Assembly: GCF_004010195.1 (NCBI RefSeq)
Contig: NC_057753.1
Location: 9,748,455-9,768,454 of the forward strand
DNA: 20,000 nucleotides
Direction: 5' to 3'
DNA from: Chiloscyllium plagiosum
Taxonomy: Eukaryota
In this document: positions 19,690 through 20,000 of the stretch, piece by piece
How positions within the stretch are numbered: the first letter of the stretch is position 1
Layout: each line of letters begins with the position of its first letter
Notes under the pieces: model-generated
The model's database searches: none
Told to the model about the DNA's origin: nothing
The model's input: the letters and a program-made list of their open reading frames with translations, nothing else
Program-made: the position numbers and the translations under genes

Positions 19690-20000
19690 ATGGAGAAACC
19701 AGAAGAATCCCGCCCCATGGAGAAATCGTGGAAGTGTGGCGACTGCAAAAAAGGCTTCCGTTTCCCGTCTGCCCTGGAGACTCATCAGCACAGCCACACT
19801 GGGGAGAGGCGATTCCCCTGCCCTGTCTGTGGGAAGGGCTTCAGCGATTCCACCAACCTCCACACCCACCAGCGGGTCCACATGGGGGAGAGGCCCTTCA
19901 GCTGCCACAAGTGTGGGAAGGCCTTTTCCCAGGCCTCCAACCTCCAGACCCACCAGCGAGTCCACACAGGGGAGAGGCCCTTCAGCTGCCTCGAGTGCGG
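19690..20000 (+). CDS. C2H2 (Kruppel-type) zinc-finger protein, 5' part; runs off the window
   Basis: Kozak gccATGG; MEKPEESRPMEKSWKCGDCKKGFRFPSALETHQHSH-TGERRF-PCPVCGKGFSDSTNLHTHQRVH-MGERPF-SCHKCGKAFSQASNLQTHQRVH-TGERPF-SCLEC: three complete fingers and the start of a fourth, no stops. Confidence 0.95.
   Translation, partial: MEKPEESRPMEKSWKCGDCKKGFRFPSALETHQHSHTGERRFPCPVCGKGFSDSTNLHTHQRVHMGERPFSCHKCGKAFSQASNLQTHQRVHTGERPFSCLEC

Noticed and set aside
19576..19967. Minus-strand ORFs of 129 and 60 aa
   Set aside because: Antisense shadows of the periodic zinc-finger coding sequence.
1..20000. CRISPR array or prokaryotic operon/defence system
   Set aside because: No regularly spaced short repeats with unique spacers and no gene-dense prokaryotic organisation; content is vertebrate retroelements and a spliced ZNF gene.

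Overview
Eukaryotic (vertebrate) DNA, almost certainly a shark or other elasmobranch (HE1-type SINEs, CR1/HER1-type LINE 3' ends, shark-type C2H2 zinc-finger gene). The window lies in a zinc-finger gene cluster. A + strand C2H2-ZNF gene starts at the right end (non-coding exon 1 to 18196, coding ATG 19690, running off the window). A paralogous promoter/exon 1/intron is present in inverted orientation at the left (2565-2780 and 1602-1659, minus strand). Three decayed gamma/epsilon-type endogenous retrovirus remnants are present: A (env + nested LTRs, 1-1570), B (Gag-CA-like piece + env tail + PPT + LTR, ~4470-6021) and C (integrase + env, ~11840-14316, with a 386-bp tandem duplication). There are many Penelope-like (GIY-YIG) element pieces whose ends carry minimal hammerhead-ribozyme motifs (nine copies), and a ~1.28-kb composite repeat present three times. 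Two assembly gaps are present. The most notable observations are the hammerhead-bearing short elements (one a TSD-flanked ~95-bp-arm hairpin), a long Pro/acidic env cytoplasmic tail conserved between two divergent ERVs, and Penelope insertions at the polypurine tract of both ERVs. All calls are from manual reading; no searches were run.
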